A stretch of 64,000 nt of DNA from positions 2,080,001-2,144,000 of the forward strand of contig JASGJH010000001.1 in the NCBI GenBank assembly GCA_047601445.1, in the 5' to 3' direction. Made by a program: the position numbers and the translations under genes. The notes beneath the pieces were generated by a model that was given only the letters and a program-made list of their open reading frames with translations, had not been told where the DNA came from and made no database searches. Each line of letters starts with the position of its first letter. Positions within the stretch are counted from its first letter, which is position 1. Shown here one piece after another: positions 36,602-46,862 of this stretch. Source of the DNA: Myxococcales bacterium. Lineage in GTDB: Bacteria; Myxococcota_A; Polyangia; Polyangiales; DASUME01.

Positions 36602-37426
36602 GTGAGTGAGCACACCCCGATCGCGGCTGCGGCGTCCAAAGGGTCTGCTGAGCCGGCGATCACCGTCGTCGTCTTGACCTACGACGAGGAGCCCAACCTT
36701 ACGCGCGTGCTCGAGCACCTGCGCTGGGCCCACAGGGTAGTGGTCGTCGACAGCTTCAGTCGAGATCGAACGCTCGACATCGCGCGCGGCTTTCCCAACG
36801 TCGAGCTCTTTCAACGTCCGTTCGACAACCACACCTCGCAGTGGAACTACGGCCTCGACCAGGTCGACACCGAATGGGTCCTCACCCTCGATGCGGACTA
36901 CGTGGTTCCGGCTGAAACCGCGCTCGAAATGCAGCGCTTGGTGCGTGCCGAGGACGCCGATGGCTACGAGGCCGACCTGATCTTCTGCGTGCGCGGAAAG
37001 CCGCTTCGACATGCCATCCTGCCACCGCGACTGGTGTTGTTCCGGCGCTCGTTGGGCCGCTACTTTCAGGACGGACACACCCAAAAGCTCGCGCTCGAGG
37101 GCCGCACCAAGTCGCTCGAGCACGGGATTCTGCACGACGACCGCAAAGCGCTGAAGCGCTGGCTGTGGGCCCAGGATCGCTACGCCGACCTGGAGCTCGA
37201 GAAGCTCACCAACACGCCCACGGCCGCGCTTCCTTGGCGCGACCGCATCCGCAAGAGCGTGGTGATCGCCCCCTGGCTCGTCCCCGCCTACTACCTGTTC
37301 GCCAAAGGCGGCGTCTTCGACGGCTGGGCGGGCCTCGACTACGCGGCGCAACGCGCGATCGCGGAGCTCGTGCTGAGCATCAAGTTGATCGAGGCGCGGG
37401 ATTCGAAGGCCAGGGGTGCGCGGTGA
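36602..37426 (+). CDS. Glycosyltransferase family 2 (KdtX-like)
   Basis: 'VVDSFSRDRT', 'WVLTLDAD'. Start approximate. Confidence 0.85.
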   Translation: MSEHTPIAAAASKGSAEPAITVVVLTYDEEPNLTRVLEHLRWAHRVVVVDSFSRDRTLDIARGFPNVELFQRPFDNHTSQWNYGLDQVDTEWVLTLDADYVVPAETALEMQRLVRAEDADGYEADLIFCVRGKPLRHAILPPRLVLFRRSLGRYFQDGHTQKLALEGRTKSLEHGILHDDRKALKRWLWAQDRYADLELEKLTNTPTAALPWRDRIRKSVVIAPWLVPAYYLFAKGGVFDGWAGLDYAAQRAIAELVLSIKLIEARDSKARGAR

Positions 37427-38925
37427 GTCTGGCGGTGGGTAACGCCCCTGCGCAGGCTGCGCCGCTCAGTCGTGGCCTGCTTCGGCTCGCCGGCTGGGTC
37501 GCTGCCATCGGCGTGGTGTTTGCGCACCTGACGTGGAGCCATCCGCAGTTCGATCTCGAAGCACGACTCTACGCGGGGCTGCTCGGAGCGATGACGGTGA
37601 TGTCGCTGGCGTACCTCAAGCCAGGCCAATTTCCGGCGCTCCCGATGTTGCTGGCGCAGTTCTACCTGGGCATGGGCTTTCCCACCTTCAGTGAGCCCGA
37701 GCTCTTCGGCATCTACGGACGAGTGCGTCTTTCCTCGCGCTGCCTGACCGCCGCTTCCCTGGGTTCCCTGGTCTTTGCGGGCAGCATGGTCGTGTTCAGC
37801 TTTCTCGGTAGACCCTTGGGCCGGCGAGCCGCCCCCAGCGTCATCCGACATCTGGAGCCCGCCAGAGATGCCCGCGGCTGGGTGAGCTCTGCGTTGTTGC
37901 TCGTCGGATGCTTGGGCGCGATCCTCTACATCCTCGTTCAGCGCGGTGGGACGCCTCGCCCGATCGCGTTCATCGCCTACGCGTTCTCCACGCCCCCCAC
38001 GAGCCTGTCCCCGCTTATCTGGGAAGTCGTGCAGACCGGGAGCAGGCGGGCGCGCATCCTTCTGGTTGGAACGACCGGCATGATGGTGTTCGCCGGGCTC
38101 CTGACCGGCATGCTCTCGAACGCCCTCGCTCCGATCTTTGCCGTCGGTCTGGCGTTGTGGTTCCTGCGCGGACGCGCCCCCATGCTCCTTGCGTCGGCGG
38201 GTCTCGTCGTCTTCATCGTCTTGTCGCCGGTGAAGCACATCTACAGAACCCTGACCTGGGAAAAACAAAACCAGGTCTCGACGGAGCAACGCATCGACAA
38301 CTGGGTCGAGGCCTTCGATCGCACCTACAGCAACCGCGATAGCAAAGCCAGCGTCGAGCAGAGCACCAAGATCTCCAAGGACCGGCTCTCGATGCTCACC
38401 CAGGTCGCTCAAGTCTTCGAGTGGGTTCCGCGTTTCGTGCCCTACGCCGGTCCCGAGCTCTGGCTCGCCTCACCACTCGAACTGATCCCGCGCGTATTCT
38501 GGCCGGAAAAACCGTTGCACGTGCTCCTGTTCAACAAGACCTACACGCGCACGTTCCGTCTCCAGAAGGGCAGCTACCGCGAACAGACGACCATCAACCT
38601 GCCTTCCGTAGCAGACGGCTACTGGCGGCTAGGATGGCTCGGCGTGGTGTTCGAGGGAGCCTTGCTCGGTTTTCTCGCGGGCTTCTTCGAAGCCCTGGCA
38701 AGCCGTCGCTCGCTGGCCACCTTGACCCTGGGCGTGACATTCCTCGGCGCGACCCAACCCACCGTTCACGTAATCACCAACGTGACCTCCCTGCCACAGC
38801 TGTGCTTCGCGGTCGGCCTCGTCCTCCTGGCGGTCCGCCTGTGCGGCGTCATCGCAAACCGAGTCGGTCGACCCGTCCTGCTGGAGCCCGCTCGCTCCGC
38901 GGGTAGTGCAGGACGGAGCCTCTAG
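37423..38925 (+). CDS. Polytopic membrane protein, candidate Wzy polymerase
   Basis: About 10 hydrophobic segments. Large periplasmic loop with 'IPRVFWPEKP' and 'ADGYWRLGWLGV', typical of Wzy-like proteins. Confidence 0.65.
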   Translation: MSLAVGNAPAQAAPLSRGLLRLAGWVAAIGVVFAHLTWSHPQFDLEARLYAGLLGAMTVMSLAYLKPGQFPALPMLLAQFYLGMGFPTFSEPELFGIYGRVRLSSRCLTAASLGSLVFAGSMVVFSFLGRPLGRRAAPSVIRHLEPARDARGWVSSALLLVGCLGAILYILVQRGGTPRPIAFIAYAFSTPPTSLSPLIWEVVQTGSRRARILLVGTTGMMVFAGLLTGMLSNALAPIFAVGLALWFLRGRAPMLLASAGLVVFIVLSPVKHIYRTLTWEKQNQVSTEQRIDNWVEAFDRTYSNRDSKASVEQSTKISKDRLSMLTQVAQVFEWVPRFVPYAGPELWLASPLELIPRVFWPEKPLHVLLFNKTYTRTFRLQKGSYREQTTINLPSVADGYWRLGWLGVVFEGALLGFLAGFFEALASRRSLATLTLGVTFLGATQPTVHVITNVTSLPQLCFAVGLVLLAVRLCGVIANRVGRPVLLEPARSAGSAGRSL

Positions 38926-38930
38926 GGTCG

Positions 38931-41408
38931 ATGAACACTGCCTCACAGGGGACCGCTGGCCGTCGAAGCACGGGGGACACCCGAAGTCGTCGCTTGGCCG
39001 CCTACGCGCTGGCCATGCTGGCGATCGTCGCACCGCAAGTTCTGGGTGGGGCCACGCCGGAGACAGAGCTTGCGATTCTCTTCCTGTCGCTGGCCGTGTC
39101 TGGGGCGGTCGCGCTCACGTTCGCTCGTTCGGAGCGCACACTCGGCAAGCTGCCGCTGGCCGGCCTCGCTGCGCTGATCGGCGCCACCTGGACCTTCATC
39201 CAGGCGCTCCCCATGCCCTGTGCTCTGGTGCGCTGGCTCGATCCAGAGCGCCTGGCGGTGCAAGATCAGCTGCTGCGCCTCGGTGCCACGCAGGCGCCCA
39301 CCTGCACCATCTCCTGGGCTCCGGGCTCCACGTGGGCCGCCTTTGGCCTCGCGACGAGCCTGTTCGCGGTGCTGCTGGCGAGCGCCGCGGTCGCGCGCGC
39401 GGGCTACGACCACATCCTGATCCGTGGCGTGGCCGTCAGCGCGCTCGTGATGGCCGTCGTGGCGGTCGGTCACACCGTGTTGGATGCGAAGACCGTGTTC
39501 GGCATCTATCGCCCGGTGAGCGCGAAGCCGGGCTGGCTCCTGGCGCCCTTGCTCAACGGCAACCACCTCGCGGGTCTTCTCGCGCTGGGCTTGCCAGCCT
39601 GCCTCGCTCAAATGCTCAAGGCTCGCGGGCTCGATGCCAAAATTGCCTGGGCGGCCGGCGTGATCACGGTGGTGGGAACCGGCTTCTTCACGCTCTCGCG
39701 CGCCGGCAGTGCCGCGCTCTTGGGCGGTGGAGTGGGCTTTCTCGTGTTGCAGGCCTGGTCGCGCCGCAAGGTCGCGCTCAACCGGGCGCAGCTGCTGAGT
39801 ATGAGCGTCGCCCTCGTCTGCCTGGCACTGGGCGCGAGCTTCGGCATGGACTTGGTGCGGCGCGAGTTCGCCCACACGGCACCCGACCTCGACAAGCTGA
39901 AGATTCCACTCGAATTCGCGGGGCTGCTTCGCACGCACGGTTTGCTCGGCGTGGGACGCGGAGCGCTGAGCGATGCGAGCGCGCGCGTGCTGCCCTGGAA
40001 CGCCCGCGTGCTGTTCACGGAGAACCTGCCCAGCCAATGGTGGGTGGAATGGGGCCTGGTCGTGGGCACCTTGGTGCTGGTCGGCATCACTGTTTCCCTG
40101 GTTCGCTCCTGGAGCTCGCGTCGAGACGAGCTTGCGATGGCTTGTGGACTCATCGCCCTGGCCGCGCAGAACCTGGTTGATTTCAGTCTAGAGCTGGCGG
40201 GCGTCGCGACCGTTGCAGCGGTTGGCTTCGGGGCCCTACTGCGGCGAGAACGTGCGGCGAGCTGGCTCAAGCTTCCCAACCTTCGCCCGCTCCTTGCCCC
40301 CGCCGCCGGACTGGCGGCCGTGGGACTTTTGTTCGCCCTGCCCTGGCTCACCTGGAAGAGTCGCGGCGCGCTGCAGAGCGACCTCAACCAAGCGGTTCAA
40401 CGCCGTGATGGCTCACTGTCGTACCGCTTGAGAGAGGCTTTCGCCGGCTATCCGCTGGATCCCGTGTTTCTCGTCATCGCGAGCGATCAGGCGGCTCATC
40501 CCGGAAATCCCGATGCCTTCGCGTGGCTGAACTTGTCGTTCGCCGCTGCGCCAGGGTGGTCCGCGCCGCATTTGCAGGCGGCCCGTCTGCTCGAAACTTT
40601 GGGGCGACTGGACCAGGCCGCCATCGAGCTGAGCTATGCCGCCGGCCAAGACATCGGTGGCAGCCTCGAGCCGCTGTGCGGTTTCGCGCGCCGTCATCCC
40701 GACCCCGACTTGCTGTGGGAGCTTGCGCCACCCGAACACCCCAACGCGCGCGGTATCCTGGAGCACGTCGAGAGCTGCCTCGCCTCGAATCCGGCGTTCG
40801 AGACCACCCGCACCGCACTGCTACGACGCTTGCTGGAGCTCGCTCCCGAATCCACGCGTGCGCGCCGTGATCTGGTGCTGCTCCTGCTGCGTGTCGGCCA
40901 GGCCGAAGAGGCCTTGAGCCTGGCACTCGCAGGCAAGAGCAACGGCGACCAGGATGCAGCGACCATCCTCCTGGTGGAGGCCTACCTCGGAGCAGGGAAG
41001 CCTCTCGACGCACAGACACTCCTTACCGACGCACCTGCACCCGTCCGCTTGAGCGAGGCAGGCCTGAAGCTCGCCGCACGTGCCGCCGCCGCGCTCAACG
41101 ACCGGGTGGCGCTGGGCAACGCGCTCGAGCTCCTGCTGGCCCGCCACAGTCGCAACAGCGCCATGCGGGCCAATCAGCACCTGTTCGCGGCCTCGCTCTA
41201 CGCGAGCGTCGGAGATTCGAGCAAAGCCTTGTCCCATGCCCAGAGTGCCCAGCGGATTGCTCCCAGCGTGAGGGCCCTCGAGACCGTCTACCGCTCGGCG
41301 CGTTCCGCCGGGCTCGACCAGATTGCGCTACACACGGCACTCGAACTGTGTCAACTTCGACACCAAACGGAGACCTTCTGTACGGTAGCCGGCCAGGCCG
41401 GCCGCTGA
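38931..41408 (+). CDS. O-antigen ligase/Wzy_C-like membrane protein with C-terminal TPR-like region
   Basis: 'LNGNHLAG', 'TLSRAG', 'LGVGRG', 'EN...QWWVEWG', 'NLVDFSLE', followed by helical repeats. Confidence 0.7.
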   Translation: MNTASQGTAGRRSTGDTRSRRLAAYALAMLAIVAPQVLGGATPETELAILFLSLAVSGAVALTFARSERTLGKLPLAGLAALIGATWTFIQALPMPCALVRWLDPERLAVQDQLLRLGATQAPTCTISWAPGSTWAAFGLATSLFAVLLASAAVARAGYDHILIRGVAVSALVMAVVAVGHTVLDAKTVFGIYRPVSAKPGWLLAPLLNGNHLAGLLALGLPACLAQMLKARGLDAKIAWAAGVITVVGTGFFTLSRAGSAALLGGGVGFLVLQAWSRRKVALNRAQLLSMSVALVCLALGASFGMDLVRREFAHTAPDLDKLKIPLEFAGLLRTHGLLGVGRGALSDASARVLPWNARVLFTENLPSQWWVEWGLVVGTLVLVGITVSLVRSWSSRRDELAMACGLIALAAQNLVDFSLELAGVATVAAVGFGALLRRERAASWLKLPNLRPLLAPAAGLAAVGLLFALPWLTWKSRGALQSDLNQAVQRRDGSLSYRLREAFAGYPLDPVFLVIASDQAAHPGNPDAFAWLNLSFAAAPGWSAPHLQAARLLETLGRLDQAAIELSYAAGQDIGGSLEPLCGFARRHPDPDLLWELAPPEHPNARGILEHVESCLASNPAFETTRTALLRRLLELAPESTRARRDLVLLLLRVGQAEEALSLALAGKSNGDQDAATILLVEAYLGAGKPLDAQTLLTDAPAPVRLSEAGLKLAARAAAALNDRVALGNALELLLARHSRNSAMRANQHLFAASLYASVGDSSKALSHAQSAQRIAPSVRALETVYRSARSAGLDQIALHTALELCQLRHQTETFCTVAGQAGR

Positions 41409-41501
41409 ACGGAGGGGGAGAAACGTGCAACTAGCTCCAAGAATGCCTGGCGCTCGGACACGAGCACTGCTTCTGTTACCAACTCGTGCCTCTGAAGCAC
41501 C

Positions 41502-43727
41502 TTGCCGAATGACCCCATGAGCCCTACCTCGTCTTCTCCGACCCCGGATCCCGGCGTTGCCGAAAGCCTCAAGTCCGCCGTGGGCGAGCTGTGGCGCTAC
41601 AAGTGGGTGATCCCCGCGGTCGTGGTCTTGGTGACCAGCGTCCTGGCCTTCGTCACGCTGCGTAAGCCGAAGGTCTACGAAGCGGCGGCCACGCTCGAAT
41701 ACGACCCCAATCCGGCGGTGCCCCTTGGCGACGCCATCGAGGGCCAGAACTCCGGTTGGTGGGACAGCCTCGAGTTCTACGAGACGCAGAACTTCGTCTT
41801 GCGCAGCCGCTCGCTCGCCGAGCGCGTCGTGCGCAAATTGGGCCTCCACCAGGATCCTGAGTACCTGGGCGTTCCCGAGGAGGAACGCGCGACCTTCAAG
41901 GCCTCTCCCGTCGAAGAAGTGGCAGCGGACCTCCAGGGCTCCCTGGATGTGGAGCTGGTGCGCGACACCCGAGTGGTGCAGCTGAGCGTGCAGGACGGCG
42001 ACCCGGACCGTGCCGCGCTACTCGCCAACACCTTCGCCGAAGCCTACATCGAGAAATCACTCGAAGATCGCCTCGGCGCGACGGCGCGGGCTCTGGAATG
42101 GCTCAGCGAGCAAACCCAGAACCTCAAGGGTGAGGTCGAGTCATCGAACCTCGCCTTGTACAAGTTCCGGGAGGAAAACCACGCGCTGTCTTCCTCGCTC
42201 GAGGAGCGCCAGAAAATCATCGCCAACCAGCTCCAGGCGTATAGCAGCACCCTCACCGAGTTGCGCTCCAAGCGCATCCAAACCGGTGCCCGCTTGAGCG
42301 TGCTCAAGGAGCTGCTGGCCGAGGCTGAAGACCCCTCCTCGTTGTTCAGCACGCCGCTGGCCACCGACCCCACGGTCAGCGCCCTGCGCGACAAGGCTCG
42401 TGATGCGGCGCTGACGCTGCAGCGGTTTTCCGTGACCTACGGTGAGGCCCACCCTCAGGTGCAGACCGCCAAGGCCGAGTTCGAGACCCTGCGCAAGCAG
42501 CTCGAGCAACAGATTGTTTCGATGAAGCGCGGCGTGGAGGCCGAGCTCAAGGAGGCCGAGCTCGCCGAGCACGGCATCCAGCAGGCACTGGACGAGGTCA
42601 ACCGCCAGGGTCTCGCCCTCAGCTTGCAAGAGATCCAGTACTCGCGCCTGGATCGCGAGCGCAGCAGCAAGGCCGAGCTCTACGAGATGGTGATGGAGCG
42701 CGCGGCGCAGACCAACCTCACGCGCGCCATGAAGGTCGCGAACGCCCGCATCGTGGACCGCGCAGTGCGGCCGGTGTCCCACGTGAGCCCGCGGGTCCGC
42801 ACCACCCTGGTGTTCGGTGGGTTGCTTGGGCTGGCGCTCGGCATCGGCTTCGCCTTCGCGCTCTCTCAGCTCGACAACAAGGTGCGCGGAGCCAGCGACC
42901 TCGAGGTTCGAGGGCTCGCTGTGCTGGGCGTGCTACCGGCGGTAGAAGGCAGCGCAACGCAGGCCCGCAGAGTTCGCCGCGGGAGCAAGCGTGGACGCGA
43001 CGAGGATTCGGGTCGCGACCTGATCGTGCACTTGCAGCCGCGCTCCACCATGGCGGAGTGCTGCCGAACCATCCGCACCAACATCACCTTCCAGTCTGCG
43101 GATGATCCGCCCAAGACGCTGGCCGTGACGAGCGCCACTCCGCGCGACGGCAAGACGACGGTCGCGATCAGCCTCGCGATCACGCTGGCCCAGAGTGGGC
43201 GCCGGGTCCTGCTCATCGACACCGACCTGCGTCGACCGCGCATCCACCGCGCATTCGACCTGCCCAGCGGGGCCGGCGTCACGTCTGTGCTCGCGGGCGA
43301 GCTGCCCCTGGACGAGGCCGTGCAGGCCTCCCAGGTGCCCGACCTGTCACTCCTGCAATGCGGCCCGCTGCCTCCGAATCCCGCGGAGCTGCTGCACACT
43401 CGCCGCTTTGCCGAGCTGCTCGCCGAAGCGCGCGCAAAGTTCGATACCGTGGTGCTCGATACGCCGCCCATCGGCGTCGTGACCGACCCGGCCATCATCG
43501 CGACGCAAGTGGACGGTACCGTGCTGGTGGTTCGCGCGCGCACCACCTCGCGCGCTGGCTTGGAGGGCGCCCTGCGCCGCCTGCGTGGCATCTCTGCACG
43601 CGTCCTCGGTGGCATCGTCAATGACGTCCGCCAGAACGACGGCGAGACCTACTATGCCCACTACCGTACTTACTACGGCGAAGAGCAATCGCCGCCCCCC
43701 GCGGACGCTGCCCAGTCGAGAGCCTGA
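41502..43727 (+). CDS. wzc: Polysaccharide co-polymerase fused to tyrosine autokinase
   Basis: Two TM segments around a coiled coil, Walker A 'PRDGKTT', 'IDTDLRRP', 'LDTPP', Tyr cluster 'TYYAHYRTYY'. Confidence 0.92.
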   Translation: MPNDPMSPTSSSPTPDPGVAESLKSAVGELWRYKWVIPAVVVLVTSVLAFVTLRKPKVYEAAATLEYDPNPAVPLGDAIEGQNSGWWDSLEFYETQNFVLRSRSLAERVVRKLGLHQDPEYLGVPEEERATFKASPVEEVAADLQGSLDVELVRDTRVVQLSVQDGDPDRAALLANTFAEAYIEKSLEDRLGATARALEWLSEQTQNLKGEVESSNLALYKFREENHALSSSLEERQKIIANQLQAYSSTLTELRSKRIQTGARLSVLKELLAEAEDPSSLFSTPLATDPTVSALRDKARDAALTLQRFSVTYGEAHPQVQTAKAEFETLRKQLEQQIVSMKRGVEAELKEAELAEHGIQQALDEVNRQGLALSLQEIQYSRLDRERSSKAELYEMVMERAAQTNLTRAMKVANARIVDRAVRPVSHVSPRVRTTLVFGGLLGLALGIGFAFALSQLDNKVRGASDLEVRGLAVLGVLPAVEGSATQARRVRRGSKRGRDEDSGRDLIVHLQPRSTMAECCRTIRTNITFQSADDPPKTLAVTSATPRDGKTTVAISLAITLAQSGRRVLLIDTDLRRPRIHRAFDLPSGAGVTSVLAGELPLDEAVQASQVPDLSLLQCGPLPPNPAELLHTRRFAELLAEARAKFDTVVLDTPPIGVVTDPAIIATQVDGTVLVVRARTTSRAGLEGALRRLRGISARVLGGIVNDVRQNDGETYYAHYRTYYGEEQSPPPADAAQSRA

Positions 43728-43754
43728 TCGGCCGAGCCCCAGTTCGAGATCCCG

Positions 43755-45059
43755 ATGTCTTTTAGTTCCGACCGCCCACTGAAGATCCTGGTGCTGAGCC
43801 AGCACTACTGGCCCGAAATCGCCGCGACTGCCCAGCTACTCTCGGACCTCTGCGCCGACCTCGTTCGTGCCGGCCACCAGGTCACGGTGGTATGTGGCAA
43901 GCCGTCCTATCGGACGACACCAGGCGGAGCGGCGCTGCGGGAGAACCATGACGGGGTCGAGATTCAGCGCGTTTGGACCTATGCCCCCCAGAAACGCAGC
44001 ATCCCGCGGCGACTCGTCCACTACGGTTCCTACTTCGGCGGCTCCCTGCTCGAGGCCATGCGCGGCGAACGTCCGGACGTCTGCCTGGTCCTTTCCACCC
44101 CTCCTTTGCTGTTGGGGGTGTCGGGCGTGCTGCTGGACGCCCTGCGCGGCGTGCCTTTCGTCTACTCGGTGCAAGACCTTTATCCCGACATCGCGATCCA
44201 TCTGGGCGTGATCAAAGAGGGCAGCCTGGCAACCCATGCAGTGGAGCGGGTGGCGAGCGCTTGCTATCGCGCTGCGAGTGAGCTCATCACGCTCTCCTCA
44301 GGCATGGAAGAGCGGCTCGCACAGAAGGGTCTGCCGCGCAGCAAGCTGCACGTGATCCCCAACTGGGCCGATACATCGGCAATCACCGAGAGCCCGCGCG
44401 ACAACGCCTTCGCGCGAGAGCACGGCCTCGTCGGGAACTTCGTGGTTCAGTACTCCGGAAACCTGGGCCTGAGCCAGGGCCTGGAGTCGGTCGTCGATGC
44501 CGCTCAGCTGCTGGCGGGACACCCCGTCCGCTTCGTGTTCATCGGCGACGGCAACGCGCGCGAAGGTCTGCAGGCCCAGGTACGAGAGCGAAAGCTGGAG
44601 AACGTCGTCTTCATGCCCCCGCAGCCGCGCGAGCGTCTGTCGGAGAGCTTGGCTGCCTGCGACATCGGACTCGTGCCCATGAAGCGCGGCGTCGGAGGCG
44701 ATTCGGTGCCCTCGAAGCTCTACGGCATCATGGCGGCCGGCCGACCCGTGCTGGCGTCCGCCGAACCGACCTCGGAGGTGGCTCGCGTCTTGCGCGCACA
44801 CGGTTGCGGTTGGCTGGTGGCGCCGGAATCCGGTGAGGCTTTGGCCGAGGGCATCGTGCGTGCACTGGGGACAAGCCCGAAGGAACGCACGCGACTGGGC
44901 GAGGCCGGACGCACCGCCTGCAAGGTCCACTATTCACGGACAGCCATGACGGCACGCTACGCCGAGGTGCTCCAGCGAGCCGCACGCCGCGCCGGAGCCG
45001 AGCAGACCGAGACCTTGCCCGCGTCGCGACCGCACTTGGCTACGAGCAGGGTGTCCTGA
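43755..45059 (+). CDS. Glycosyltransferase family 4 (WcaI/WbuB-like)
   Basis: 'SQHYWPE', 'VQDLYPD', 'YSGNLG..QGL', 'PSKLYGIMAAGRP'. Confidence 0.9.
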   Translation: MSFSSDRPLKILVLSQHYWPEIAATAQLLSDLCADLVRAGHQVTVVCGKPSYRTTPGGAALRENHDGVEIQRVWTYAPQKRSIPRRLVHYGSYFGGSLLEAMRGERPDVCLVLSTPPLLLGVSGVLLDALRGVPFVYSVQDLYPDIAIHLGVIKEGSLATHAVERVASACYRAASELITLSSGMEERLAQKGLPRSKLHVIPNWADTSAITESPRDNAFAREHGLVGNFVVQYSGNLGLSQGLESVVDAAQLLAGHPVRFVFIGDGNAREGLQAQVRERKLENVVFMPPQPRERLSESLAACDIGLVPMKRGVGGDSVPSKLYGIMAAGRPVLASAEPTSEVARVLRAHGCGWLVAPESGEALAEGIVRALGTSPKERTRLGEAGRTACKVHYSRTAMTARYAEVLQRAARRAGAEQTETLPASRPHLATSRVS

Positions 45060-45958
45060 TGAAAGACTTTGCGTTGATTGGCGCGGCCGGCTTCGTCGCG
45101 TCCCGTCACCTGCAAGCGATCTCCGAGACGGGTAACCGCTTGGTTGCAGCCTGTGACCCCAACGAAAGCGTGGGAATCCTCGATCGGTACTTCCCAGACG
45201 CGGCGTTCTTCCGTGAGTTCGAGCGCTTCGATCTTCACCTGGAGCGCTTGCGTCGGCGCGGCTCAGCGGTGGACTACGTCGGCATCTGCTCGCCCAACTA
45301 CTTGCACGCTGCCCACATGCACTGCGCCTTGCGGCACGGCGCGCACGCCATCTGCGAAAAGCCGCTGGTGCTCGACTCTTCGGACTTGGACCTCCTGGGC
45401 GATCTGGAGCGCGAGCACGGTCGCCGCGTTTACACGATCCTCCAGCTGCGTTTGCACCCAGCCGTGCAGGCCCTGCGTAACAAGGTGCTGGAGCGCCTCG
45501 CGCGGGAGCCATCCTTCCGCCCTCAGGTAGCGCTCACCTACATCACGAGCCGCGGTAGCTGGTATCACGCCTCGTGGAAGGCCGATGCAGCCAAATCCGG
45601 GGGCGTGACGAGCAACATCGGAATCCACTTCTTCGACATGCTGCTCTGGATCTTTGGCTCGGTGCAGGAGAGCCGACTCGAGCGCGCCACGCCCAGCAGC
45701 GCGGCCGGCCAGCTGACGCTCGCACACGCCGACGTGACATGGCAGCTGTCCATCGACGCCGCCGACCTCCCGCCAGCTGCCCTGGCGCGTGGCCAACGGA
45801 CCCACCGCTCGCTTCAGATGGAAGGCGAAGAGGTCGAGTTCAGCGAGGGGTTCACCGACCTGCACACCGCGAGCTACCGGCACATCCTGGGTGGTGGCGG
45901 CTTCGGCATCGCCGACGCACGCGCAGCGGTCGAGCTAGTTGCGGGTTTTCGCAGATGA
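45059..45958 (+). CDS. Gfo/Idh/MocA oxidoreductase, WbpB/WlbA-like UDP-GlcNAcA 3-dehydrogenase
   Basis: 'FALIGAAGFVA.RHL', 'ICSPNYLH', 'CEKPL', 'NIGIHFFD', 'FSEGFTDLH'. Confidence 0.85.
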   Translation: MKDFALIGAAGFVASRHLQAISETGNRLVAACDPNESVGILDRYFPDAAFFREFERFDLHLERLRRRGSAVDYVGICSPNYLHAAHMHCALRHGAHAICEKPLVLDSSDLDLLGDLEREHGRRVYTILQLRLHPAVQALRNKVLERLAREPSFRPQVALTYITSRGSWYHASWKADAAKSGGVTSNIGIHFFDMLLWIFGSVQESRLERATPSSAAGQLTLAHADVTWQLSIDAADLPPAALARGQRTHRSLQMEGEEVEFSEGFTDLHTASYRHILGGGGFGIADARAAVELVAGFRR

Positions 45959-46094
45959 GTATCCTTGCTGCCTAGCGGGCGCCCGCGACGACTACGCCGT
46001 ACCGGTGAGCATGAGCCGCTACTGCAATGAGCAGCATGGGTCGGCGCAACCCGCCGCACCGCGGCCGGGCTCCTGAACGAGACGAGGAGGATTT

Positions 46095-46859
46095 GTGGCA
46101 ACTGAAACAGGCGGAAAATCCACTCGCGCTCACGACCGTGTGATCGAGAACTACTTCGAGACCACGTCGGGGGCCCTTCGCTCCGAACCTTTGGACTACG
46201 CAAGGGCCACAGCAGGGCTGCGGCGGGGCTTGGGTGACTGGCTCGACGTCGCCGGGAGGTCGGTCCTCGATTTGGGCTGCGGAACTGGCGAGATGTGCTG
46301 GCTGGCACAGGACCTCGGCGCCGCGCGCGTGGTTGGCGTCAATCTTAGCCAAGGGGAAATCGACTACGCGAAGCGAGGCGTCGACGCAGAGTTCGTTCAC
46401 GCCGATGCGCTCGCATTTCTGCGCGACTCTCCCACGGGCGGCTTCGATCGTATTTTCGCTCTGAACATCTTGGAGCACCTCCCCCACGACACCTTGTTGG
46501 CCGTGCTGGAAGAATGTCAGCGCACCCTCGCACCGGGCGGCACGCTAGTGGCGATGGTCCCCAACGCGACGTCGTCCCACGGCTCCATGACGCGCTACTG
46601 GGACGTCACGCATGTATCCGCGTTCACTCCGAGTAGCGTGCAGCAACTCGCTCGGCTTTCCGGCTTCGGCGAGCCGACGTTTCGAGAGTGGGGGCCAGTC
46701 CCCTACGGTGCCGTGAGCACGCTTCGATATCTGTTGTGGCAGGGCTTTCGCGGCATTACCTGGCTTCGCCTGATGGCCGAGACCGCGTCGGGCAAAGGAG
46801 GCATCTACACCTCCGACATGATCTTTCGTCTCCACAAGCGAAACGTCTCCGGAGCCTGA
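46095..46859 (+). CDS. Class I SAM-dependent methyltransferase
   Basis: 'VLDLGCGTG', 'LEHL', 'LAPGG', 'D.TH'. Confidence 0.85.
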   Translation: MATETGGKSTRAHDRVIENYFETTSGALRSEPLDYARATAGLRRGLGDWLDVAGRSVLDLGCGTGEMCWLAQDLGAARVVGVNLSQGEIDYAKRGVDAEFVHADALAFLRDSPTGGFDRIFALNILEHLPHDTLLAVLEECQRTLAPGGTLVAMVPNATSSHGSMTRYWDVTHVSAFTPSSVQQLARLSGFGEPTFREWGPVPYGAVSTLRYLLWQGFRGITWLRLMAETASGKGGIYTSDMIFRLHKRNVSGA

Positions 46860-46862
46860 AAC

